Shown here piece by piece: positions 31,432 through 40,558 of a DNA stretch of 64,000 nucleotides (positions are counted from its first letter, which is position 1; the number at the start of each line of letters is the position of its first letter). Both the position numbers and the translations under genes were made by a program. The notes below the pieces were generated by a model. The model did not search any database and had not been told where the DNA came from. It saw nothing but the letters and a program-made list of their open reading frames with translations. Source of the DNA: Alphaproteobacteria bacterium (GTDB taxonomy: Bacteria; Pseudomonadota; Alphaproteobacteria; MPNO01; UBA830); the NCBI GenBank assembly GCA_965243135.1, contig OZ251539.1:4512001-4576000 (forward strand). The letters are read 5' to 3'.

Positions 31432-32243
31432 GCGAAGGCCCTCCCGACGGCGCGGCTGAGCGCCACCGCGTGAATCTGGAGTTCGTAGTCGTCGAAGCCG
31501 GGGTCCAGCGCGTCGATCATGTCTCGCGCTTCGGCGATGGAGATTTCCGTCGCTCCGGCGGCAAGTTTTCCTTCGACCGCCGACACCCGGAACGGCGCGG
31601 AACCAGTCGCGCCGCAGATCGCGCGCGGCTCCGCGCCGACCGTCGCCGCGCCGATCGCGTCGGCAAACTCGCCGGGCTTGCGGCAAACCTTGTAGTAGCC
31701 CCAAGGGACGCCGCCGCCGAGCTGCGGCAGTTCGACCGCCGCGAGCACCTCGTCGTGACCGAGAGCCGTCGCGAAGGGGCCGATCTGGAACCCGTCAAGC
31801 GGAATCCGCCGCTCTCCGTCGGCGCCGACGGCCACGACCTCGCCGCCCAACGCCAGAAGCGCCGCCGGCCAGTCGGCGGCGGGGTCGGCATGCGCGAGCG
31901 AACCGCCGATCGTTCCCCGGTTGCGGACCGACCGGTAGGAAATGCCGGACGCGACCTGCTGCATGAAGGCTCCGCTGCGGCCGGGAACGGCGCCGTCCTC
32001 TATTCGGGCGTGGGTTACGCGCGCGCCGACCGTCACGACGCCGTCCGCCTCCCGGATTCCGTCCAGCCCTTCGACGCGCGCAAGATCGACCAGCAGATCG
32101 GGTTGCGCCAGGCGCAGGTTCATCATAGGTCCCAGGGACTGGCTGCCGCCGAGCACGCGCGCTTCCCCGTCCGCGTCGCGAAGGGCGCGCAACGCTTCGT
32201 CGAGCGTCGCGGGGCGCTCGTATTCGAACCTTGCGGGCTTCAT
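31428..32243 (-). CDS. Molybdenum hydroxylase FAD subunit (CoxM-like)
   Basis: MKPARFEYERP, GGSQSLGPMMNLRLA, RNRGTIGGSLAHADPAAD. Confidence 0.92.
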   Translation of the reverse strand: MKPARFEYERPATLDEALRALRDADGEARVLGGSQSLGPMMNLRLAQPDLLVDLARVEGLDGIREADGVVTVGARVTHARIEDGAVPGRSGAFMQQVASGISYRSVRNRGTIGGSLAHADPAADWPAALLALGGEVVAVGADGERRIPLDGFQIGPFATALGHDEVLAAVELPQLGGGVPWGYYKVCRKPGEFADAIGAATVGAEPRAICGATGSAPFRVSAVEGKLAAGATEISIAEARDMIDALDPGFDDYELQIHAVALSRAVGRAFA

Positions 32244-34588
32244 GCCGCGTACCCCCGGGCCGCCACGATGGCGGCGCGCACCCGGCGGGGCGTGAACGGC
32301 GTGCGGCGGACTTCGGCGCCGATACCTTTCAGCGCGTCGTTGATGGCGTTGCCTATCGCAGCGGGCGTCGGAATGGTGCCGCCCTCGCCCATGCCCTTGA
32401 TGCCGAATTCGGTGAACGGCGACGGGGTCTCCATGTGCCTGATGCGGAAATGCGGCGCGTCCGTCGCGCCCGGCATCACGTAGTCGGCGAATGTGGACGC
32501 CGTCGGCTGGCCCGAGCCGTCGTAACCGGATTCTTCCAGCAAGGCCGTGCCGATCCCCTGAGTCGCCCCGCCGAAGGTCTGAGCCTCGACGATCATCGGG
32601 TTCACCATGGTGCCGCAATCTTCGACGATGGCGTAATCCAGCACTTCGACCTCGCCGGTCTCCGGGTCCACGGCGACCGTGCAGGCATGGGTGGCGTAGG
32701 CGAACGCTCCCGAGTCGGGCTCGGGCCGGTAACCCATGGTCACCTCGACGCCTCCCCGGTCGACGTCCTCCGGCAGTTCGTCCGGATTGAGGTACCAGAC
32801 CCTGCCGATCTCGGCGAAGGAAACCTCGCCCTTGCCGCTCGTCACCTTGCCGCCGCGCACCGCCGCCTCGCTGCGGTCGCACTGCAACAGATGAGCGCCG
32901 ATGATCTCCATGCGCTCGGCGAGCGCCCGGCAGGCGCGCGCGGTCGCGCCGCCCGCCATCACCATGCTGCGGGACGCATAGGTCCCGGTCGAGTAGGGCG
33001 TAAGGCCGGTGTCGCCGTGCGTGACGGACACGTTGGCGGGATCGATGCCGAGAATCTCGTGCGCCATCTGCGCCATCGTCGTCTCCATCCCCTGGCCGTG
33101 GCTTTGAACGCCGATGCGCAGCTCAAGGCCGCCGTCCGGCGTGAGCCGCACGGTCGCCTGTTCGTAGCCAGGCACCATGGAGACGCCCCACCCCGCGAAC
33201 ACCGAGGTGCCATGCGCCGTTTGCTCGACGTAGGATCCCATCCCGACGCCGATCAGTCTCCCGTCGGGTTCCGGCGACGCCTGACGCCGGCGAACCGAGT
33301 CCAGGGAAATCAGGTCGGCCGCCTTCCGGACGCCCGCGGCGTAATCGCCGCTGTCGAAGTGCTTCCTGGCGATCGACATGAAGGGCATGGCGTCCGCCTT
33401 GACCATGTTGAGGGCGCGGACTTCCGCGGGTTCGCGGCCGATCCTGCGCGCCAACGCGTCGAGCGTCATTTCCACCGCGTAGCACACGCCCGGGCGAGCC
33501 ACGCCGCGGTAGGGCATCAACGGCGGCTTGTTGGTCGTCACGGTGCGCGTGCGGCAGCGATAGACCTCGAGATCGTAAGGTCCCGGCAGATTGCCGTGCG
33601 CCATCGCCCCTTCCAGACCGTTGGTGAACGGGTAGACCGAATAGGCGCCCGCATCCACCGTCACGTCGCAGTCGAGGCCGAGAACGCGGCCTTCGGGCGT
33701 CGCATGGACGGTCACGCGGTAGTGATGCTCGCGGCAGTTCGCGCCCGCCACCAGATGCTCCCGGCGATCCTCCACCCATCGCACCGGCCTTCCGAGGCGC
33801 ATGGCGAGCCAGCCGGCGACCAGCTCCTCCGGCTGCAGCAGGGCCTTGTAGCCGAAACCGCCCCCGACGTCGGGAGCGATTACGCGCACCTGGCGCTGTT
33901 CGAGGTCGAGGAATTCGGCCAGGCCGTTGCGGATCAGATGCGGCACTTGCGTGGAAGTCCACATCATCAACTGGTCCGTCCTGTCGTCCCATTCCGCGAA
34001 GACGGCCTTGCATTCCATCGGATTCATCGCCTGACGGGACAAGCTGCACTCGCGTTCGACCACGACGGTCGCGCGGTCGGAAATCCGCCCGAAATCGTCG
34101 TCGGTGAACGTCTCCATCACCACGTTGTCGCCCCAGTCGTCGTGGATCAGGGGCGCCTCCGCCGCGCCGGCCGCCAGCATATCGACCACGGGCGGCAAGT
34201 CTTCGTACTCGACCTCGACCGCTTGAGCGATATCCTCCGCCGCCGCCCGGGTATCCGCCACGCAAACCGCGACGGGCTCGCCCGCGAAGCGCACCTTGCC
34301 GATCGCAAGCGCCGGATAATCCGCCGACTTGTAGCCCGGCAACCTGGACGGGGCGCGCATGGGCCGCATGCCGGTTGCATCCGACGCGGTAAACACCGCC
34401 TCCTCGCAACCGGCCGGCTTGACGATCGATGCAAGCCGGGCGTGGCTGCGCGCGCTGCGAACGAACGCCAGTTCCAGTTGTCCGGGCCGCCTGATGTCTC
34501 CGGTGAACTTTCCGCGGCCGGCGAGGTGTCTCGCATCTTCCTTGCGGAGAACCCGCGCGCCGATTCCCTTGTCTGCGTCCTTCATCAT
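32240..34588 (-). CDS. Xanthine dehydrogenase/CoxL-family molybdopterin subunit
   Basis: RKEDARHL, APDVGGGFGYK, active-site loop PYRGVARP, HGQGMETT, KGMGEGG. Confidence 0.92.
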   Translation of the reverse strand: MMKDADKGIGARVLRKEDARHLAGRGKFTGDIRRPGQLELAFVRSARSHARLASIVKPAGCEEAVFTASDATGMRPMRAPSRLPGYKSADYPALAIGKVRFAGEPVAVCVADTRAAAEDIAQAVEVEYEDLPPVVDMLAAGAAEAPLIHDDWGDNVVMETFTDDDFGRISDRATVVVERECSLSRQAMNPMECKAVFAEWDDRTDQLMMWTSTQVPHLIRNGLAEFLDLEQRQVRVIAPDVGGGFGYKALLQPEELVAGWLAMRLGRPVRWVEDRREHLVAGANCREHHYRVTVHATPEGRVLGLDCDVTVDAGAYSVYPFTNGLEGAMAHGNLPGPYDLEVYRCRTRTVTTNKPPLMPYRGVARPGVCYAVEMTLDALARRIGREPAEVRALNMVKADAMPFMSIARKHFDSGDYAAGVRKAADLISLDSVRRRQASPEPDGRLIGVGMGSYVEQTAHGTSVFAGWGVSMVPGYEQATVRLTPDGGLELRIGVQSHGQGMETTMAQMAHEILGIDPANVSVTHGDTGLTPYSTGTYASRSMVMAGGATARACRALAERMEIIGAHLLQCDRSEAAVRGGKVTSGKGEVSFAEIGRVWYLNPDELPEDVDRGGVEVTMGYRPEPDSGAFAYATHACTVAVDPETGEVEVLDYAIVEDCGTMVNPMIVEAQTFGGATQGIGTALLEESGYDGSGQPTASTFADYVMPGATDAPHFRIRHMETPSPFTEFGIKGMGEGGTIPTPAAIGNAINDALKGIGAEVRRTPFTPRRVRAAIVAARGYAA

Positions 34589-35106
34589 GCCTCCCGGGTT
34601 CGAGTGAAGGTCATAAGCGCCCGAAACGGGACGAGCATCGCCAGCGCGACGGCGAGCTTCACCGCGTAATCGCCGATTCCCAGCGTGATCCACGGCACCG
34701 CGGTTCCGGCAAAGGCGATGGAGAAAAAGAGGGCCGTGTCGAGAGCGGACGCGATCGACGAGGAAACCAGAGGCGGCAGCCACCAGGTTCCGGTCCGCCT
34801 GAGACGGTCGAATATCCGGACATCGAGAAGTTGCGCCGCCAGGAACGCCGCGCCCGATGCAAGCGCAATGCGCGGCGTCGCCAGCCAGATCGACAAGAGA
34901 ACCGCCAGCGCGAACCCGACGCAGACCACCCTCCGCGCCTTCGCCGGGCCGAACGCTCGGTTGGTCAGGTCAGTGATCAGAAACGCGACCGGATAGGTAA
35001 AGGCTCCCCAAGTCAGCCAGTCGCCGATCGGAAACTGCACCAGCACGTTGGAAACGGCCACGACAGCGACCATGGCGGCGATCCCGAACAGAACACCCCG
35101 CGGCAT
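34585..35106 (-). CDS. yhhQ: Queuosine precursor transporter (VUT family)
   Basis: SNVLVQ, TWGAFTYPVAFLITDL, AQLLDV, LDTALFF..AF; multiple TM helices. Confidence 0.85.
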   Translation of the reverse strand: MPRGVLFGIAAMVAVVAVSNVLVQFPIGDWLTWGAFTYPVAFLITDLTNRAFGPAKARRVVCVGFALAVLLSIWLATPRIALASGAAFLAAQLLDVRIFDRLRRTGTWWLPPLVSSSIASALDTALFFSIAFAGTAVPWITLGIGDYAVKLAVALAMLVPFRALMTFTRTREA

Positions 35107-35119
35107 CCTTCCCGTCTCC

Positions 35120-35461
35120 TCAGAGTATTTCCAGAACGTTTTCCGGCGGCCTGCCGAGCGCGTACTTGCCGGCGTTCTCGACGACGGGACGTTCGATTAG
35201 GACCGGGTTTTCCAGCATCGCGTCAATCAGCGCGGCGCGGCCGAGGCTATCGTCGGCGAGACCGAGCGCAGCCGCCTCTTTCCGGCGCATCAGATCGCGA
35301 GGCTCCATGCCGAGGCCATTCAGGATCCGGACAAGCTCCGCCTTGTCCGGCGGCGTCTTGAGATACTCGACCACCTCCGCCTCGACGCCTTTTTCCCGAA
35401 GCAACTTCAACGTCGCGCGCGATTTGGAGCAACGCGGGTTGTGATATATCGTGACCGTCAT
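35120..35461 (-). CDS. arsC: Arsenate reductase (glutaredoxin) family
   Basis: IYHNPRCSKSR, LIERPVV, GRPPE. Confidence 0.9.
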   Translation of the reverse strand: MTVTIYHNPRCSKSRATLKLLREKGVEAEVVEYLKTPPDKAELVRILNGLGMEPRDLMRRKEAAALGLADDSLGRAALIDAMLENPVLIERPVVENAGKYALGRPPENVLEIL

Positions 35462-35801
35462 CGTCCGAACCGTCGCTTTCGCAAAACCTCAGCCATCTTA
35501 CAGCCGGGGGTTCTCGTCGGCAATCGACGCTCGTACGGAAGAGGGGCCTCGCGTCATCCTCCGGACCGTTCGTGACGCGGGCGCCGCGCAGGGGCATGAC
35601 CCGGCGGCGACCGGACAAGCCCGGAGCGGCGGATCGCCAAGCGGCGCGGAAAGCGCGTCCCGGTCCGCCCCTGCTCCTTCTTGCCGCCCGGGAATCCGAC
35701 GACGGAACGCCGCTTCGACCGACAGGAAAATGGGGCGCCCTTCGCGCAGCGCGAACCATCCTCCGCCGACAGCCGCGGCATCCGGTTTCGGCGGCGACCT
35801 T

Positions 35802-36773
35802 TCAACCGCGAACCAGCGCCGCCGCCGCTCGCACGACCTTCGCGTCGGCGCCCGGAAGATGGGCGTTCTCGCTGATATGGCGCCGCCATGACCGGGCGCC
35901 GCGCAGGCCGTTGAACAGGCCGAGCGCATGACGCGCCATCGCATAAAGCGGCGCATCCTCCTCCCTTTCCATGTAGTCGACATAGCGTTCGAGCGCGGCA
36001 TGGCGCGACGCGGGGGCGGCGCCGCCGAATACGGCGGTTTCTATTTCGGCGAGAAACCACGGATTTTCGTAGGCGGCGCGTCCGATCATCACGCCGTCGA
36101 CGCAGTCCAGGTGGCGCAGGATTTCCCCGAGCTGCGCAATCCCGCCGTTTACGATCACCGTCAGTTCGGGGAACTCGGCCTTGAGGCGGTGGACGACCTC
36201 GTAGCGGAGCGGCGGAATTTCCCGGTTCTGCTTGGGACTCAGTCCCTTCAACCACGCCTTGCGGGCGTGGACGACGAAGACGCGGCAGCCGCCTTCGGCG
36301 ACGATCTCCACGAAGCTGCGGAAATCGTCCCAAGAGTCCCTCTCGTCGACTCCGATCCGAGATTTCACGGTGACCGGAACGTCAACGGCGCCGCGCATCG
36401 CGCGGACGCAGGCGGCGACCGTTCGCGGCTCCTTCATCAGGCAGGCTCCGAACCGCGCGTTGCGCACCCGGTCGCTGGGACAGCCGACGTTCAGGTTCAC
36501 CTCGTCGTAACCCCGCGACGCCGCCATCTCCGCGCAACGGGCGAGCTCGCCGGGATCCGCGCCGCCGAGCTGCAGCGCCAGCGGCCGCTCGGCCTGGTCG
36601 AATCTCAGAAATCGTTCCCTGTCGCCGCGCAAGAGGGCGCCCGTCGTCGTCATCTCCGTATAGAGGAGCGCCGACGGCGAGATCTGCCGGAGGAAATATC
36701 TGTCGTGCCGATCCGTTCGATCCATCATGGGAGCGACCGAAACGCGGCGGTCGAGCGTGGACATGGCCTGCAT
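35802..36773 (-). CDS. dusA: tRNA-dihydrouridine synthase A (start approximate)
   Basis: VAPMMDRTDRH, NLNVGCPSDRV, VHARKAWLKGLSPKQNREIPPL, GVMIGRAAY. Confidence 0.93.
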   Translation of the reverse strand: MQAMSTLDRRVSVAPMMDRTDRHDRYFLRQISPSALLYTEMTTTGALLRGDRERFLRFDQAERPLALQLGGADPGELARCAEMAASRGYDEVNLNVGCPSDRVRNARFGACLMKEPRTVAACVRAMRGAVDVPVTVKSRIGVDERDSWDDFRSFVEIVAEGGCRVFVVHARKAWLKGLSPKQNREIPPLRYEVVHRLKAEFPELTVIVNGGIAQLGEILRHLDCVDGVMIGRAAYENPWFLAEIETAVFGGAAPASRHAALERYVDYMEREEDAPLYAMARHALGLFNGLRGARSWRRHISENAHLPGADAKVVRAAAALVRG

Positions 36774-36860
36774 CGCGAAACCGGGAAGCGGAATCACCGC
36801 AAGATAGGATTTTTCGGCCAGTATGCAACGGAACGCTCGCCCGCTCCGCCAAAAGGGGGT

Positions 36861-37988
36861 TCAGCCGGGTTCCGGGGCCTGCGGCGACGCGCCGGCATCC
36901 CATTCGGCGCGGATCTCGCGGTCCGTTTCCGCGCCTGCGAAACGGCGGCGCAGCTCGGAAAAGGCATCCGGAGCCAGCAGCCGGGAGAGCGCCCAGACCG
37001 CCATCGCGCGCACCAGCGGCGAGCGATCGGCGAGCCGCCGCCGCGCCGCGGAGGCGAGGGAGGGATCGCCGCTGTTGCCGATCGCGATCAACACGTTGCG
37101 AAGAAAGCGGTCGCGGCCCAACCGCTTCACGGCCGACCCCGAAAACAACTTTCGAAAAGCCGCGTCGTCGAGACCGGCGAGCTCTTCGAGGCGAAACGGA
37201 GGCGTCCGCGCCCGCAATTCCGGATGCGGCGTGGCGCGCGCGAATTTGTTCCACGGACAGACGGCGAGGCAATCGTCGCAACCGTATATCCGGCTGCCCA
37301 TCGGCTTGCGGAACTCGCGGGGGATATGACCCTTGTGCTCGATGGTCAGGTAGGAAAGGCAACGCCTCGAGTCCAGCCGGTACGGCGCGGGGAAGGCGTC
37401 CGTCGGGCACGCGTCGAGGCATCGGGCGCAAACGCCGCAGCGGTCGCCCTCCGGGGAATCGGGAGGGATCGCGAGGGTCGTGAAAATTTCGCCGAGAAAC
37501 AACCACGACCCGAATTCCCGCGACACCAGGTTCGTGTGCTTGCCTTGCCAGCCGACGCCCGCGCGCTGCGCCACGGGTTTCTCCATGACGGGCGCCGTAT
37601 CCACGAACAGCTTGACCTCGCAGCCGCGGCTTTCCGCAATCCATCGAGCCAGCGCACGCAGCCGCTTCTTCATGACGTCGTGATAGTCGCGCCCGCGCGC
37701 ATAGACGGAGACGGCCGCCTCTCGCGCCGCCAGCGGATCCTCTTCGGGACCGTAGTTCATGCCGACGGCGACGATGCTCCTGACGGCCGGCCACAGGGCG
37801 GCAGGCCACCGCCGCCGCTGCCGGGTCGCCTCCATCCACCCCATGTCCCCGTGGTAGCCTTTGGCGAGATACGCCGCGAGGCTCTCGCCCGCGGTCCCGG
37901 TGTCCGGGCCGGCAAACCCGATCACGTCGAACCCCAGCATGAGCGCTCGGTCGCGGATCGCGGCGCGGGGATCGTCGGGGGAATCCAT
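36861..37988 (-). CDS. queG: Epoxyqueuosine reductase
   Basis: GYHGDMGWM, SVYARGRDYH, FVDTAPVMEK, CGVCARCLDACP, IYGCDDCLAVCPWN. Confidence 0.95.
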   Translation of the reverse strand: MDSPDDPRAAIRDRALMLGFDVIGFAGPDTGTAGESLAAYLAKGYHGDMGWMEATRQRRRWPAALWPAVRSIVAVGMNYGPEEDPLAAREAAVSVYARGRDYHDVMKKRLRALARWIAESRGCEVKLFVDTAPVMEKPVAQRAGVGWQGKHTNLVSREFGSWLFLGEIFTTLAIPPDSPEGDRCGVCARCLDACPTDAFPAPYRLDSRRCLSYLTIEHKGHIPREFRKPMGSRIYGCDDCLAVCPWNKFARATPHPELRARTPPFRLEELAGLDDAAFRKLFSGSAVKRLGRDRFLRNVLIAIGNSGDPSLASAARRRLADRSPLVRAMAVWALSRLLAPDAFSELRRRFAGAETDREIRAEWDAGASPQAPEPG

Positions 37989-38569
37989 GAATCCGTTACT
38001 GCGAATCATGCCTCAGGCGGAAGCGGCAAGACCCGGAATCTCCAGCCGCCGTTCCGTGCCGCTCCTCGCGTCACGTTCGGCTGCAACGGCACCCAAGCGC
38101 GCAAATTCCCAGCATTTTTTCCTGGAGCGAAGCAACCGCACAGCCTCAAGCGCATCACCGTCGGAGTCTCCGCCCGAGGAGACGCCACATCCCGCGGAAC
38201 CTCTTTCTCGCCGCATTTTCCTGTCGACGGCCCAAGCTCCAAATCGCTGGCGGAGCGCCGTTTCGACCGCATTGCGGATCCGCGAAGAAGCGCCGTTCCC
38301 TGCCTTCTTCCGCTCGCCGACGATCGCGAAGTGAACGACCCGGCCGCCCGCGTCCGGCTTCCGTCGATCCCGGTGGACGTTCGACAGGTCTTTTCGACGG
38401 TTCCGGCGCTGTCGGCAAGAACGAAAGCCGTCTTCTTTCGGAGTTGCGGTTTCCGTTTCATGATCGTCGGCGGCTGGAAGCGCCCGTAACGAAAACGTTC
38501 CGTTCGCGCCGCCGTGGCCGCAGGCGGCTTTTTTAACTCTTCGCGGTCCGCGGGTCGTCGACATTGCGC

Positions 38570-39034
38570 TCACAGCGGCGTCGGAGTGGGCGAAGCGAAC
38601 ATCCGGGTGCGGACCCGAACGGTGCGCGCCGAGAAACGCCATGCATCGCCGTCCCGCGCCAAGGCGTCGTCGTAACTGCCGACAGCGTAGACCGAAGTGA
38701 CCCCTTCGAGCGTCGTCCGGTATACGGCGAAAGTCGAACGCGCGGACGCTTCTCCGCCATCGAGCGAAATGTCGTCGACCGTCACCATGTGCATCCTGTC
38801 CGAAAGATCGTGCACGTGTTGCGACGATTCCGAAAGCAGCGTTGCAAGTTCGTCCCGGTCGACCTTCAGCCAGATCATCCGGGCGCCGAGTTCCGGACCA
38901 TTCGCCTCCAGCGTATAGGTCGCTCCGGACGCGAAAAGCTCGACGAACGCCGAAAATTCGCGAGCGTCCAGAAACCGGGCGGAATCCGAAATCAGTTTCC
39001 GGACAGCTTCCCGCTCCTCGGCCGCAGAGCTCAT
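38570..39034 (-). CDS. Ring-hydroxylating oxygenase beta subunit (MsmB-like, SnoaL fold)
   Basis: ARFLDAREF, PELGARMIWL, FAVYRT..G..VYAVGSYDD; ATGA overlap with the alpha subunit. Confidence 0.75.
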   Translation of the reverse strand: MSSAAEEREAVRKLISDSARFLDAREFSAFVELFASGATYTLEANGPELGARMIWLKVDRDELATLLSESSQHVHDLSDRMHMVTVDDISLDGGEASARSTFAVYRTTLEGVTSVYAVGSYDDALARDGDAWRFSARTVRVRTRMFASPTPTPL

Positions 39035-40248
39035 TCCGTGACGGCGACCGACAGCGCCGGGCCGTCGCGGAAAGAGCTGTCGGCGTCGTGAGGCGCACGC
39101 CCGACGCGGCGGCCCCACTCCTGGTAGAACGCCCGCAGATTGGCGTCGTCCTGTGGCCGCAGCTCTTCTTCGCGCGCGAGGATCGACCAGCGATGCGCGC
39201 CCGAGGCCATGTTGCGCCATTGCGATTCCACCGCCTCGATATCCTCGGGAAGGTTGCGGCCGGCCGGTCCCCAGACCTGATTGTGGTGCCGCACGCGCTC
39301 GGCGCGAACCTCTTCGGTATCCGCCTTGAGGCCGAGGCCCCGCCATTCGACGAGCGTGCGGCCCGGCTCCAGCGGGGCGATCGTGTCGATGCGCATGACC
39401 GTAGCTCGCACATTGATCATCACGTCAGGAAACAGCAGCATCACGATCATGCCGTCGGGTTTCATCCCGGGCATCAAGTTTCGAGTGCGGGGCCCCAGCT
39501 GCATGCCGTCATAGGAGATCGTGCCCTGGCTGATGACGTTGTGGCTGTTGGGATAAAGGCGCCATCGCCGCTCGTGGTAGGACGGATGGGCCATGCCGGT
39601 CTTGCGGTTCAGGATATGCAGGTATTCGTGATACTGCTCCGAATTGTTGTCGACCCACAGTTTCCAGTTGGTGCGTATCTCGGCGCGATGGTAATGGAAC
39701 ACTTCAAGTTCCGCGCCTTCGAGATGCGCGCGCATATGGTCCGCCATCGGCCCGAGAAATCTCGCGAGCGGTTCGACGCCGTCGTTGAGCGAAACAAAGA
39801 CAAGGCCGCAGAAAACCTCGACGCGAACCGGCCTCAGACAAACGTCGTCCTTGCCAAGTCCTGCCGCCTCGTAGCCGGTCGGCCGCGTGATGCCGGTGCA
39901 GTTGCCCGCAAGATCGAAGCTCCAGAGGTGGTAGAAACACTGGATGCGGTTCTTCAGCGTGCCGCGTTCCTCCCGCAGCAGCGTCGCACCGCGATGCGGG
40001 CACGCGTTGTAGAAGGCGCGGATGTCGTCGTCCCGCAGCACGACGATCCCGACGCCGGCGACCGTCGCCGTGCGAAACGACCCGCGCTCAGGAAGTTCCG
40101 ATGCATGGCACACAAGCTTCCAGCCGCCCGCGAAAATGCGTTCCCGTTCCTCGGCGAATATTTCCGGGTCGGTATGGATGCGGTTGTCGATGTAATGCGT
40201 CGTCGGCAAGCCGGGCGGCGTGGTCCAGCCCTTGATATCGTGCCGCAT
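39031..40248 (-). CDS. Rieske oxygenase alpha subunit (methanesulfonate monooxygenase MsmA-like)
   Basis: CPHRG..CFYH Rieske site, NWKLW..EQYHEYLH, WGPAGRNLPED. Confidence 0.85.
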   Translation of the reverse strand: MRHDIKGWTTPPGLPTTHYIDNRIHTDPEIFAEERERIFAGGWKLVCHASELPERGSFRTATVAGVGIVVLRDDDIRAFYNACPHRGATLLREERGTLKNRIQCFYHLWSFDLAGNCTGITRPTGYEAAGLGKDDVCLRPVRVEVFCGLVFVSLNDGVEPLARFLGPMADHMRAHLEGAELEVFHYHRAEIRTNWKLWVDNNSEQYHEYLHILNRKTGMAHPSYHERRWRLYPNSHNVISQGTISYDGMQLGPRTRNLMPGMKPDGMIVMLLFPDVMINVRATVMRIDTIAPLEPGRTLVEWRGLGLKADTEEVRAERVRHHNQVWGPAGRNLPEDIEAVESQWRNMASGAHRWSILAREEELRPQDDANLRAFYQEWGRRVGRAPHDADSSFRDGPALSVAVTE

Positions 40249-40558
40249 GATTTACCTCCGCTTATATCGCAGCGAACATCGGCGGAACGTCGCGCCGCGT
40301 CCCCGGGGTAAGCGTTCGGTCGTGGGGTGGCGACGTTGAGGCCTGCCTCCAGGCAGGGGCTTCAACCAGACGTCCTTGACCGGGAGGGCGCGTTCGTTTC
40401 GGGTACTGCCGCGGCCTACGCCGCCCCTCTGGTTGGCACCCGGCAACAGGTTTCTCGCGAAGTCCCGGAGAGTAAGCGTTCGGTTGCGAAGCGGGCTGTC
40501 GAGCCAGGCGAATCGCCCAGGCCTGGACACTCTTCTTTTGTTCTTGTATACGGCTGCC

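Noticed and set aside
32240-34588. Aerobic CO dehydrogenase
   Set aside because: Lacks the AYxCSFR motif and cox accessory genes; gene order is L-M-S
38517-38535. Rho-independent terminator GCCG-CAGG-CGGC-TTTTTT
   Set aside because: Short stem, and oriented for the plus strand while the flanking genes are on the minus strand
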